A stretch of DNA of 41,102 nt. Source: a virus. Shown here piece by piece: positions 1-8,766 of the stretch (position 1 is the stretch's first letter; each line of letters begins with the position of its first letter). A program made the translations under genes and the position numbers. Below the pieces are notes generated by a model that worked only from the letters and a program-made list of their open reading frames with translations, had not been told where the DNA came from and did not search any database. The stretch lies in the UHGV virus genome UHGV-0210063, one strand, 5' to 3'.

Positions 1-135
1 ATCAATCGTTTGTTCACATTTCCAAAAAAAAAGTTTTCGAACCTGCGGCGATGTGAGGAAGGGTCAGGCGGCGGTACTGAGCAGCCAGGGTTGCAGAGAT
101 TTGACCCGCCCCTCCCCTACAGATGGGAACTGTTA

Positions 136-486
136 TCAATTGATGCGTTCGCGCGCTGTTTTTGCTTTATGACAGGGCCAGCACAGACTCTGCAGGTTAC
201 TGTCTGCATCTGTGCCACCATGAGCTTTCGGAATGATGTGGTCCACAGTTCTGGCTTCAACGGCTCTCCCATTGCGCAGGCAGTTCTGACACAGATGATT
301 ATCACGCTTCAGTATGCGCGCACGTATGGCATCCCATTTCGAGCCATAGCCACGCTGGTGGCGGCTCAGTCCGCGTTGATGCTGTACCCATCCTTCGCCA
401 CGATGTTTATCGCAGTAACCAGAACTGTCTGTGGTTGTACCTGCACATCCACGCTTACGGCAGGCGCGTGGGATTCGTGATGGCAT
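136..486 (-). CDS. HNH endonuclease (packaging-associated, HK97 gp74-like)
   Basis: 116 aa with Cys pairs and HNH motif (VDHIIPKAHGG...SNLQSLCWPCH); sits next to terminase across the genome end. Confidence 0.8.
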   Translation of the reverse strand: MPSRIPRACRKRGCAGTTTDSSGYCDKHRGEGWVQHQRGLSRHQRGYGSKWDAIRARILKRDNHLCQNCLRNGRAVEARTVDHIIPKAHGGTDADSNLQSLCWPCHKAKTARERIN

Positions 487-493
487 AAATACC

Positions 494-694
494 TCACACC
501 CTGTTCAGTTGAATGACGGGCTGATTCTCGATATGTTCTGCTGTCAGTCTGAAAGTCACAGTGACTGTTGGTGGCTCGCCTCCGCGTGACTCTGTCCTGG
601 CGGAAAGCTGCCCTTCCAGTAACTCACCATCAACTGCAATCCCATACCCTGCGAAATGTTTACCACGATACAGTTTAGCGACCTGAAACTTCAT
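494..694 (-). CDS. Hypothetical protein (66 aa)
   Basis: Intact ORF immediately upstream of HNH on the same strand; no recognisable motif. Confidence 0.4.
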   Translation of the reverse strand: MKFQVAKLYRGKHFAGYGIAVDGELLEGQLSARTESRGGEPPTVTVTFRLTAEHIENQPVIQLNRV

Positions 695-938
695 AACTCT
701 TCCTTTTAGACATGTTAGACGTGAACCTGTCGCACGGCAGAGTCGCCGAAAGTTTACGGTTTACCCAGGCTCACAGCTGAAAGCCTTTCTTAGATGTGCA
801 CATGCGATATGCTTTGAATGAATTATTAAAAACTTTACTCTTTTTCAAAATTTCGTATCCTGGCTCGTTAATGTTAAAGAATTAAACGTAAGAAAGTAGT
901 ATGTTGAATCGCTTATATCAAAATACATAGGACTCAAA

Positions 939-1424
939 ATGCCAGAACTCGTTGATCCAACAGACTCATTAATTAGTTTTCAATACGCCTTTTCTAATGG
1001 TCTGATTAAGCCTTCACCATGCATAGTTCACCCAAATATGAAGGTGCTTTTGGATGATGCAGAGGGTACACCACGGTTTACTTATGCATTCTTTGAAGGA
1101 GAAAATGTTAAAGGTGTTGCTATATATGTCCCTGCAGAGTTTGTTGAAGGTAAACCATGCTTTGGCGTTGGCTATGCAGTAGCCGATGAATATAAAGCGC
1201 AAGGCATCGGTACTCAACTTCTCATCGCCAGCATTGAAGAAATGCAATACGGATTTAGAAATTCCTTCAATGAATTCTATGTAGAGGCTATTGTCGGGGT
1301 TGGTAATCAAGCCTCCAACAAATTAGCTGCAAAAGTTTTATCTGATACTCCTGAGCCAGGGACAGATTCTTACTCAGGAAAACCTATCAATCAGTACATG
1401 AAACTTTTCAAAACCACAAAATAA
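939..1424 (+). CDS. GNAT-family N-acetyltransferase (moron)
   Basis: 161 aa; motif-A-like KAQGIGTQLL and motif-B-like NQASNKLAAKV; AGGA ribosome-binding site before ATG; AT-rich; opposite strand to late genes, between Rz and HNH. Confidence 0.6.
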   Translation: MPELVDPTDSLISFQYAFSNGLIKPSPCIVHPNMKVLLDDAEGTPRFTYAFFEGENVKGVAIYVPAEFVEGKPCFGVGYAVADEYKAQGIGTQLLIASIEEMQYGFRNSFNEFYVEAIVGVGNQASNKLAAKVLSDTPEPGTDSYSGKPINQYMKLFKTTK

Positions 1425-1435
1425 CTACCATTCTG

Positions 1436-1461
1436 GCGCAGATTTTTGCGCCTTTTCAGGT
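1436..1461 (+). terminator. Rho-independent terminator after GNAT gene
   Basis: Hairpin GGCGCA-gattttt-TGCGCC followed by TTTTCAGGTTT. Confidence 0.55.
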
Positions 1462-1602
1462 TTGCAGTTCACCTGCCACGCTTTGTTATGCGCCTGAATG
1501 TCCCGCTTCGTCTGTTGCATTATCATAAGTAATAGCGTAGGTTGACACCTTGGCTCTCTTTCGCCACCGGCGAATCTTTAGCGGATTATCCTTGGCCGTT
1601 TT

Positions 1603-2070
1603 TTATCTGAGACATTGCTCACGAATATATAGCTGTGCCCCTTCCAGTTGCTTCTGCATCGTCATCAACCGTTCTCTGAGGGTGAAATAATCCCGTTCAG
1701 CGGTGTCTGCCAGTCGGGGGCTGGTTGCATTATCCACGCTGGTGGGTCCGGTGGCTTCACGCACGGCTGCGGAGCAACTGGCATTGACCCGCAGGCGCTT
1801 ACGACCAGCGGCAACATCAGCGCGCAGAGTTTCATTTTCAGCTTTCGCATTGGCTAATTCTCTCGAGTACTTTGCATCGAGCGCAGCAACATCACGCTGA
1901 CGCTGTTGCATGTCAGCGATGGTGGCAGTCGCCTGCTTCAGCTCACTGACTTTTTTATCACGCTGTTCTTTGTAGGCGATGGCGTTATCACGGTAATGAT
2001 TGACCGCCCACGACAGGCAGACGATGGTGCAGATAACCAGAGTATAAATAATCGCTGCGACTCTGCTCAC
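1603..2070 (-). CDS. Rz: Spanin inner-membrane subunit Rz
   Basis: Close match to lambda Rz ([19 protein letters not shown]...[14 protein letters not shown]); probable GTG start overlapping endolysin stop; ORF track extends to 2085 with a TTG start. Confidence 0.85.
   Translation of the reverse strand: MSRVAAIIYTLVICTIVCLSWAVNHYRDNAIAYKEQRDKKVSELKQATATIADMQQRQRDVAALDAKYSRELANAKAENETLRADVAAGRKRLRVNASCSAAVREATGPTSVDNATSPRLADTAERDYFTLRERLMTMQKQLEGAQLYIREQCLR
1665..1850 (-). CDS. Rz1: Spanin outer-membrane lipoprotein Rz1, embedded in Rz in another frame
   Basis: 61 aa, [20 protein letters not shown] lipobox, proline-rich, ends [12 protein letters not shown] as in lambda Rz1. Confidence 0.85.
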   Translation of the reverse strand: MRKLKMKLCALMLPLVVSACGSMPVAPQPCVKPPDPPAWIMQPAPDWQTPLNGIISPSENG

Positions 2071-2600
2071 TGATCTATCCCCCAACAGGCTAATGCGCTT
2101 TCCTGGTCACGACGAATAACCTGTCCATAGCAGTTATTTGAACGTATGCGGCAATCGCGCCCACCATCTTTTATCCACCAGCGAATCGCCTCGCATGCGC
2201 CCTTACGATCACCGGCATTCAGCCGCTTATAAAACGTCGACGGGAAACACTTACCGGGGCCAATGTTATAGGGACAGAATGACGCTATACCCGCTTTCTG
2301 TGGTTCGGTCAGTGGTACTTTAATATTGCGCTCTACCCATGCCAGCGCCTTATCACGTTCAATAGCGTTAACCTGGTCGCATTTTTCCTTCGACAGCTTC
2401 ATTCCCGGTATGACGGGCTTACCATCCACCATTGTGGCACCCCGACAGATGGTCCAGATGCCGGCCCCATCGCGGTATGCCGTTGTGTGGTTACCTTCTT
2501 TTTCATCCAGAAACTGGTCGAGAATATCAGGCGCGGGCGCACCGACGGCAATCAGTGCCAGAACGGCAGCCGACAGGCCGTATCTGATTTTTGCGTTCAT
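2067..2600 (-). CDS. Endolysin, GH24 lysozyme with N-terminal SAR (signal-anchor-release) segment
   Basis: 177 aa; hydrophobic N-terminus [14 protein letters not shown] then lysozyme-like core; position between holin and Rz. Confidence 0.8.
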   Translation of the reverse strand: MNAKIRYGLSAAVLALIAVGAPAPDILDQFLDEKEGNHTTAYRDGAGIWTICRGATMVDGKPVIPGMKLSKEKCDQVNAIERDKALAWVERNIKVPLTEPQKAGIASFCPYNIGPGKCFPSTFYKRLNAGDRKGACEAIRWWIKDGGRDCRIRSNNCYGQVIRRDQESALACWGIDQ

Positions 2601-2663
2601 GGATATTTATCAGGATTTATCGGTTTCTGCCCACGGACAGGTTTATCTGTTCCGGTCAGTGAC

Positions 2664-3014
2664 TTAAGGTTGTGATTCCGGAGGAGTCTTCAGAGAACCA
2701 GTAATTCTTCCTGGTAGCTTTCCTTTGTAGGTTATCCACACATTCTGCGCATCTAAAATTACGGGGCGCTTTTCCGGCGGCTGCTCATCCCCTTCACATA
2801 ACCCGGCAGCAACATCCAGGAAGACCTGTCTGATGCTCCTTCTGGCTGCTGCCTCATAAAACTCCAGCGCGGCACCTTCAACACGGTCCAGCGAGATGTC
2901 CAGGTCAAAAATTTCACCGTCAAAGCGTTTTTTGTCCCGTAACGCTAAAGTTACCGTAACTTTATTCTCAAAATTGCGGATCCCTTTCACAATCAGTTCA
3001 TAGTTTTGAGTCAT
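2664..3014 (-). CDS. Hypothetical protein (116 aa) inserted between holin and endolysin
   Basis: Intact ORF tightly packed in the lysis cassette; acidic, no transmembrane segment, no recognisable motif. Confidence 0.5.
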   Translation of the reverse strand: MTQNYELIVKGIRNFENKVTVTLALRDKKRFDGEIFDLDISLDRVEGAALEFYEAAARRSIRQVFLDVAAGLCEGDEQPPEKRPVILDAQNVWITYKGKLPGRITGSLKTPPESQP

Positions 3015-3018
3015 TGAA

Positions 3019-3234
3019 TTACTCTCCCCGTGCAGCCTTACGCTTGTCTTCTCTGATTTTGAAGTACAGATTTGTCAGATAAGTCAGGAAGCCCAGAACC
3101 AGACTCCCCAGTACACCAATCGCAGCCCACTGTGAAGGACTGACCTGATCAAGCCACTGTAAAAACCAGTAGCCAGCACTGCCTGCGGAGGTGCCGTAGG
3201 CAATGCCCGTTGAAATTTTGTCCATGGATTTCAT
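3019..3234 (-). CDS. S: Class II holin (S21-type pinholin) with dual start
   Basis: 71 aa [30 protein letters not shown]...; near-identical to phage 21 S; two Met codons at positions 1 and 4. Confidence 0.9.
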   Translation of the reverse strand: MKSMDKISTGIAYGTSAGSAGYWFLQWLDQVSPSQWAAIGVLGSLVLGFLTYLTNLYFKIREDKRKAARGE

Positions 3235-3300
3235 AGCCTCACCTCCGCAAATAACGGATGGCGTAGTTTTACACTGAGAAATGAAAGGGATTTGAAAAGA

Positions 3301-3325
3301 AAAACCCGCAAAAGCGGGCGAAACG
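3301..3325 (-). terminator. Rho-independent terminator between tRNA array and holin
   Basis: Minus-strand hairpin CCCGC-TTTT-GCGGG followed by T-run. Confidence 0.5.
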
Positions 3326-3526
3326 ATATATACAGAAAGGAAAGCACTCTATCCAACAAACCACCCACAGTTAATCGGAATAAAAGCAGAGTGCTTATGA
3401 ATGATCGCCTGCTCGAAGGTTAGTATTTCTGCACAGCAATTTTGCAAAAAAAGGCGATCATTCATAACTTAAACGTCTTTCAGTCACTCCGGGATTTCCC
3501 ATCATCGCAGACTGAAAGACTCTAAC

Positions 3527-3601
<75 letters not shown>

Positions 3602-3604
3602 ATA

Positions 3605-3680
<76 letters not shown>

Positions 3681-3716
3681 ATCAAGTAGCGCGCATTCTA
3701 ATCGCGTGGCCGAAAT

Positions 3717-3801
<85 letters not shown>

Positions 3802-3809
3802 GGACTTGA

Positions 3810-3885
<76 letters not shown>

Positions 3886-3887
3886 AC

Positions 3888-3964
3888 TGGACCGCCACCG
3901 GGGACTCGAACCTCGCACACTCAACTTAAAGGGTTGACGCTCTTTCCTGATGAGCTAGTGGCGG
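3888..3964 (-). tRNA. Atypical tRNA-like gene, anticodon loop CCUUUAA (UUU anticodon, C at position 33)
   Basis: 77 nt; perfect 7-bp acceptor stem C1-G72, D-arm with GG, 5-bp anticodon stem, TTCGAGT T-loop, CCA; non-canonical C33 and one T-stem mismatch. Confidence 0.5.
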
Positions 3965-3965
3965 C

Positions 3966-4041
3966 TGGTGGCCCTTGCTGGATTTGAACCAGCGACCTGG
4001 CGATTATGAGTCGCTCGCTCTCACCACTGAGCTAAAGGGCC
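3966..4041 (-). tRNA. tRNA-Ile2 (anticodon CAU, ileX-like; elongator Met not excluded)
   Basis: 76 nt; closely resembles E. coli ileX as recalled, anticodon loop CUCAUAA. Confidence 0.8.
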
Positions 4042-4150
4042 GAGCGCAGGATAATAACGTTACGAAATCAATGTTGCAAGCATTCAAAAATCACCCTTAT
4101 CTCCTCCACTAACGCATTAACCATGTCTATCCGAGATAAGTGGCACAAAA

Positions 4151-4182
4151 AACCCGCTTGTGGGCGGGTTTTGTTTGCTTTT
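4151..4182 (-). terminator. tR'-like terminator downstream of the Q-like gene (bidirectional hairpin)
   Basis: CCCGCCCACAAGCGGG hairpin followed by TTTTTTGTG on minus strand; also T-rich on plus strand. Confidence 0.5.
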
Positions 4183-4235
4183 GCCATCACGTACAAAATC
4201 GGCAAAATATCAGATTTGCATGAAATATATGCCTT

Positions 4236-4931
4236 TCAATCTACTTTTGCAACACTTTGCTTTGAAAATGCCGCCTTTTGTTTTGAACGTGTTCTCATTA
4301 CAAACAATAAAGCCTCACTATCAAGTCGGTGAAAAATGTGTTTCATTGCAACCCAGTGACGAGTAAATGTTTTGGACCAGTTTTTAGTTGTCACTCCCGC
4401 CAGTAATGCCAGCTCCTGGTATTCATAACCTTCCCCACCAAAAAGTTCTGCTTTTACTGCCTGCGCCGCCAGCCAGATTAATTTTTTCAGGCGTTCCTGC
4501 GTTTTCCCTGCAATTTTTCTGGTACCGGATTGAGTATTAAATTCATTCCACGCCCACTGTGTTATCGCGATCTGATATTCCCAACAAATACTCCCGCTGT
4601 AACACCACAACAACCAGGCTTTATGATGTTCTTCAAGAGACAGAACAGCCCGCCGCCACGATGATGTCGAAAACTCAACCGGACTGACCAGAGGAATTGA
4701 CGTCCCCTTCGCCAGCGATTGCTTTCCCGGGATTGGTGGATTATCCCGCGTTATCATTTTTCCAGTCACTTCATCGCGGTACCGGATTTTTTTTCGCCTG
4801 TAACGCCCTGTATCGAACATGGCATTCTCTTGCCAGGCTTCAAGCTGACCTTTTGTTGCCCCACTCAAATCAGCGGTGGCGATAATGAGCTGCTCACGCA
4901 CAAACTGTAAATACTGGTTATTCATGCGCAC
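4236..4931 (-). CDS. Putative late-gene antiterminator (Q-like), assigned by position
   Basis: 231-aa ORF between rusA and the tR'-like terminator/tRNAs/lysis genes; no zinc-finger motif recognised. Confidence 0.35.
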   Translation of the reverse strand: MRMNNQYLQFVREQLIIATADLSGATKGQLEAWQENAMFDTGRYRRKKIRYRDEVTGKMITRDNPPIPGKQSLAKGTSIPLVSPVEFSTSSWRRAVLSLEEHHKAWLLWCYSGSICWEYQIAITQWAWNEFNTQSGTRKIAGKTQERLKKLIWLAAQAVKAELFGGEGYEYQELALLAGVTTKNWSKTFTRHWVAMKHIFHRLDSEALLFVMRTRSKQKAAFSKQSVAKVD

Positions 4932-5287
4932 TCCAGTTCTGTGATTTTTATCCCCAGCCGCCCACCAGGAACGAGCTGACCGCGCACAATATTGATTTCA
5001 TCAAACTGCTCGTCGTCTATAAGTAGTCCGGCATGCGTCAGCGCATCCAGTGGTGCCTTCAGGATATTGTCCAGGTCGCGGCGGCGCTTATCCGGTGGCT
5101 CTGCAATAATCTTTATCGCCAGCCTTCCGGACAGGCTTAATTTCAGCCGCTGCTGGCGAACAATTAGCGCCACATCACGGCGATAACGCTTTCCGGCTTC
5201 CGAGATGAAATACGTATTGCCATGACGTCGCCAGTAGGTATTCACCGTCGGCGGGTAAGGCAAAACAAATTCTATGCGTTCAGTCAT
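4922..5287 (-). CDS. rusA: Holliday junction resolvase RusA
   Basis: 121 aa; RusA-like motifs (PPTVNTYWR..., DKRRRDLDN, GGRLGIKITE). Confidence 0.85.
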   Translation of the reverse strand: MTERIEFVLPYPPTVNTYWRRHGNTYFISEAGKRYRRDVALIVRQQRLKLSLSGRLAIKIIAEPPDKRRRDLDNILKAPLDALTHAGLLIDDEQFDEINIVRGQLVPGGRLGIKITELECA

Positions 5288-6271
5288 TCATGCTTTCCAC
5301 TTCAGGACACCCGAATTTCTCGCGTGCATTAAAAAACGAATCAGCAACAACAGCTGGCTGCCGTGTTTTTCTTCAAAATCTTTTACCCCGGCGTGCAGTT
5401 CGTTATGACATTTACGGCACAGCGGAATAACAAACAAATCATCAGCCTTTGTTCCCATCCCTCCCAGTCCATGACCAATGATGTGATGCGGATCATCTGC
5501 CTGATTACCGCACGTCATGCATTTCTGCGTTTTTACCCAACGCGTGTATACAGGCATCTCTTCCCGTTGTGGTTTCTGGCGCTGGAGATACTGAGCCGGT
5601 GACTCCGGATCAACGGCAATGCTGACCACCGTCTTGTCCTGTGGCGGGTTTTGCTGGTGGGCATGAGGCAACGGCGCAAGATTTTTTGTGCGCTGCTTCA
5701 GTATGCTGGTGGCGGTCTGCTCTCCCGGTACGATGTCGCTTTCGCGGTACAAGGAGCGGATTTTTTCCGCACGTAACCCCAGAGAACGACGTAATACTGC
5801 CTCCGGAAGCGCGTCCGCCACCTGATTGCAGACCGCCCACCAGGATAATTCAGCCAGCGACAATTCCCGCTCCTGCGTGCCATTCATTGCATGGCGTATG
5901 ACGTCAATCATCCATGCTGACAGGTTTTGATGAGCAAGTTGCCCGAGTGATTCGGATGTCTGGTCACGCAACTGGTTGTCGCAGTGCCAGCACAACACCA
6001 TCGCGCCGGTACCGTAACGATGTATGACGATTTCACTGTGATGATAGTCACCATGAGGCCACTGGCAGGATTTGACATGACGCAACAGCCAGTCAGACAG
6101 TGCCCCAGCGCCGCCAGCAGCACGAATCACCCGCTCATCGCTGAAAAATGGCAGTAATGATTTATCCTCCGCCAGCGGCTGGCGAACGGCAGGGACGACT
6201 CCGGACGGCAGACCGCGCATGCTTTTCGGTTCAGGCTCCACCAGCACTCGAGGGTTATGAAATACTTGCAT
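5288..6271 (-). CDS. DUF968-like protein with C-terminal HNH-like zinc motif (YdfU-like)
   Basis: C-terminus CMTCGNQADDPHHIIGHGLGGMGTKADDLFVIPLCRKCHNELH; ORF track starts at 6415 but that overlaps the upstream gene, so an internal ATG at 6271 is proposed. Confidence 0.55.
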   Translation of the reverse strand: MQVFHNPRVLVEPEPKSMRGLPSGVVPAVRQPLAEDKSLLPFFSDERVIRAAGGAGALSDWLLRHVKSCQWPHGDYHHSEIVIHRYGTGAMVLCWHCDNQLRDQTSESLGQLAHQNLSAWMIDVIRHAMNGTQERELSLAELSWWAVCNQVADALPEAVLRRSLGLRAEKIRSLYRESDIVPGEQTATSILKQRTKNLAPLPHAHQQNPPQDKTVVSIAVDPESPAQYLQRQKPQREEMPVYTRWVKTQKCMTCGNQADDPHHIIGHGLGGMGTKADDLFVIPLCRKCHNELHAGVKDFEEKHGSQLLLLIRFLMHARNSGVLKWKA

Positions 6272-6344
6272 GGATTCACGGCCCGGCCTAAGGACCACCA
6301 GCCCGAGTTCCGGTACCAGAACAGGTCGAAGTAATATCCGCACG

Positions 6345-6623
6345 TTACCTCCAGATCCGTTGCTGGTATGTGCGGGATGGGCGCGGTGGGCGTTCGGAAT
6401 AAGGGAGCCTGACATAGATTATCCAGTGACGATAATCGAGGCTGAGGGCTTTCTTAATCTCGTATCCGCGTCTGCGATAGTTATGAATTAGCCATTCGGC
6501 CTGTTCTTCAGTACATGGGTCATGCTGGAACCAGTCAGATTTGAAAGTGCGGGAACGCCGCCCGTGCCTGCTGGCAAAGACGGCAGAATCATCAGAATTG
6601 TGTAATTTGGTATCGTGCGCCAT
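6345..6623 (-). CDS. Hypothetical nin-region protein
   Basis: ORF track 6345..6704 begins with TTG inside a terminator; internal ATG at 6623 gives a 92-aa basic protein. Confidence 0.4.
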   Translation of the reverse strand: MAHDTKLHNSDDSAVFASRHGRRSRTFKSDWFQHDPCTEEQAEWLIHNYRRRGYEIKKALSLDYRHWIIYVRLPYSERPPRPSRTYQQRIWR

Positions 6624-6693
6624 CGGTTGTCTCTGCTGGCGCAGCAGGTGCCAGTTGTTCAGGCTGGCGTGCGAATTGTAAACCAGAATGCCA

Positions 6694-6722
6694 GGAAAAA
6701 ACAAAACCCGCCGAAGCGGGTA
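6694..6722 (-). terminator. Rho-independent terminator (UUCG tetraloop) after lipoprotein gene
   Basis: Minus strand ACCCGC-TTCG-GCGGGT followed by TTTTGTTTTTT. Confidence 0.6.
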
Positions 6723-6919
6723 TGCTAAAACAAACTGAAAGTAATATACCGGACTTGTAAAGGAACGATAGAATAATTATTGGATTAAACCCTGACTCAA
6801 TCCAGATTTCATAGGCAACAACTACGGACTAATCATCACAGTCATGTTTGATAGACTTAGTCCACATTGGGTGAGGGTTTACGGCGTTTTCACTAATAAT
6901 TTATCGTCCAAGCTATACA

Positions 6920-7312
6920 CTACTGCCCTGTTTTAACGAAGTTTTTAAAGGAAACAACTGCCTGATAGGGGTTTGGTTGACAGCCAAACATATTATCGCA
7001 AAAAGGCTTGATGAAAATTCTTGAGGATCCATCTTCATTTGGCATTTTACTCACTTGATAAGCGAGGAATGGACTATTTGGAGAGGGATTATAAGTGGAA
7101 ATTAGCGTGTCTGTCGCCGTTTGAATTTTCCATGAGGAATTATTAGCCAACCAGAATTGCGCTCGTTTCCAATAAAAGTCACATTGCTTTTCATCATTAC
7201 ATGTTAGTGGCTTCATTGCTTCTGCTTTCAACGCTGGATCGACCTTTGCTGCACACCCTCCCAACATTACTGTTGCAATCATTACACCTGCGACTAAAAC
7301 AAGTTTCTTCAT
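6920..7312 (-). CDS. Lipoprotein, function unknown (moron)
   Basis: 130 aa; signal peptide MKKLVLVAGVMIATVMLGGC with lipobox; about 41% GC by eye; flanked by hairpin terminators. Confidence 0.7.
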   Translation of the reverse strand: MKKLVLVAGVMIATVMLGGCAAKVDPALKAEAMKPLTCNDEKQCDFYWKRAQFWLANNSSWKIQTATDTLISTYNPSPNSPFLAYQVSKMPNEDGSSRIFIKPFCDNMFGCQPNPYQAVVSFKNFVKTGQ

Positions 7313-7455
7313 CTCCCTGCCCCATCAATAAAAGTTCGGTTCTCTAATAACTAGAGTTAATCAACGGAAAAAACGCCGAAGCGGGTTAAGTGCGGGTGCG
7401 TTGAGGATGCCTGACACATCAGAGGTGGCGAGGGATTTCTCCCCCGCCAGGTCTC

Positions 7456-7611
7456 TTACTCCTCAGGTTCGTAAGCTGTGAAGACAGCGACCTCCGTCTG
7501 GCCGGTTCGGATTCGTACCTCGCAGAGGTCTTTCCTCGTTACCAGTGCCGTCACAATGACGGTTAAACAGATGACGATCAGGGCGATTAACATCGCCTTT
7601 TGCTGCTTCAT
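7456..7611 (-). CDS. hokD: Hok/Gef-family type I toxin (HokD/RelF-like)
   Basis: 51 aa MKQQKAMLIALIVICLTVIVTALVTRKDLCEVRIRTGQTEVAVFTAYEPEE, recalled as matching E. coli HokD; ORF track gives an in-frame upstream extension to 7668. Confidence 0.8.
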   Translation of the reverse strand: MKQQKAMLIALIVICLTVIVTALVTRKDLCEVRIRTGQTEVAVFTAYEPEE

Positions 7612-7902
7612 AGCCTGCTTCTCCTTGCCTTTCGGCACGTAAGAGGCTAACCTAGATTTGCCGTTCATAGATTGAGCCTCAGATTAATGTTAAGCGTCTT
7701 GCAGGACGCGTAATGTTAACTGGGGCTTTTCTCTATCTGCCTTTTGGTGTTCATGCCTGAGACAGATAGCCTCAAGCACCCGCTGCAATTCTACTTAACT
7801 CTCCTTTTCCCGCAAACCGTTTTTATCCCCAGCGGCAAATCGAATACACCACCAGCGCCACAGCCATTGCGATTCCTGCCGTTGTAAATGCCTCAGGCCA
7901 GG

Positions 7903-8418
7903 TCATCGTAAAACATCCTCCACGCTTATCAGTCCATTTCGTTTCAGGTAATCCATCGCCATCTCCGGTAATTTGCAGTCTAGATTAGCTTTTTTCAGTT
8001 GACTGACCAGTCGTTTAACCCACATTGTTAATTCGCCAACCTGATTACTGGATGCTAGTGGATTGTCGGCTTTACCCAGAATGACAGCACAGCAGGCCTC
8101 TTTGAGTACCCAATCAACAGCATCTTTCCATGCTCCTGTTTCGACTGGTGGATTCTCACGCTTTACCTGTTCATAAAAGCGCACGGCTTTAACCAGTCCT
8201 TCTGATATCACAGGGACTGGCGGGGTAGTGAATAAGGCCTGAATCTCATAGCCCGGCCTGTCGTTGCACCCCTCTTTTGTCGGTACATATTTCCAGTCAC
8301 CAACCCACATCTTCTCCTGAAAGTCCGTAACGCCTTTTTTCACGTAGCGATATCGCCATGCAACTGGTTTTGCCTGCCCTGCCGTTTCATGCCCTTCCTG
8401 ATAATTAATCTCGCTCAT
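7903..8418 (-). CDS. Hypothetical nin-region protein (171 aa)
   Basis: Intact ORF with translationally coupled neighbours (ATGA overlaps). Confidence 0.5.
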   Translation of the reverse strand: MSEINYQEGHETAGQAKPVAWRYRYVKKGVTDFQEKMWVGDWKYVPTKEGCNDRPGYEIQALFTTPPVPVISEGLVKAVRFYEQVKRENPPVETGAWKDAVDWVLKEACCAVILGKADNPLASSNQVGELTMWVKRLVSQLKKANLDCKLPEMAMDYLKRNGLISVEDVLR

Positions 8419-8591
8419 TCATCGCCCCACTCATCACAATATGCTTCGACCGGAGTTTTTCCTGCTTCGTAGTCATCACGCCAGGCTTCAGCATCAGCAG
8501 CACTTCCACCACGTAACTCTGCATAGTCCATTAACAGTTCATGCCATTCTTCAAAACTGACGTTGTATTTAGTTGAACCAAAATCAGCCAT
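8415..8591 (-). CDS. Small acidic hypothetical protein (58 aa, hand-translated)
   Basis: ATG at 8591, TGA overlapping start of 7903..8418 gene; MADFGSTKYNVSFEEWHELLMDYAELRGG...; below the ORF-track length cutoff. Confidence 0.4.
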   Translation of the reverse strand: MADFGSTKYNVSFEEWHELLMDYAELRGGSAADAEAWRDDYEAGKTPVEAYCDEWGDE

Positions 8592-8766
8592 TTTGTTCTT
8601 CCTCTTCGTCTTTTATTTCGTGATATGAGTAATTGCAGTAGTTAAAGAAAATTTCTTTTGCTTCGTCATGAATTTCATCAGGTGTTGCGTCATCGTCCAC
8701 TTCGAATACATCCTCAAAATCTCCACCAGCTATTCCCGTTTCAATAATTATTTTGAACTTTCGCAT
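8584..8766 (-). CDS. Hypothetical small acidic protein (60 aa)
   Basis: ORF overlapping start of the downstream small gene. Confidence 0.4.
   Translation of the reverse strand: MRKFKIIIETGIAGGDFEDVFEVDDDATPDEIHDEAKEIFFNYCNYSYHEIKDEEEEQNG

Noticed and set aside
10-480. 156-aa plus-strand ORF
   Set aside because: Antisense to the HNH endonuclease gene, which has clear catalytic motifs.
7611-7900. relBE toxin-antitoxin upstream of hokD, as in E. coli K-12 Qin
   Set aside because: No RelB- or RelE-like ORFs present; only a 27-aa hydrophobic peptide and intergenic sequence.
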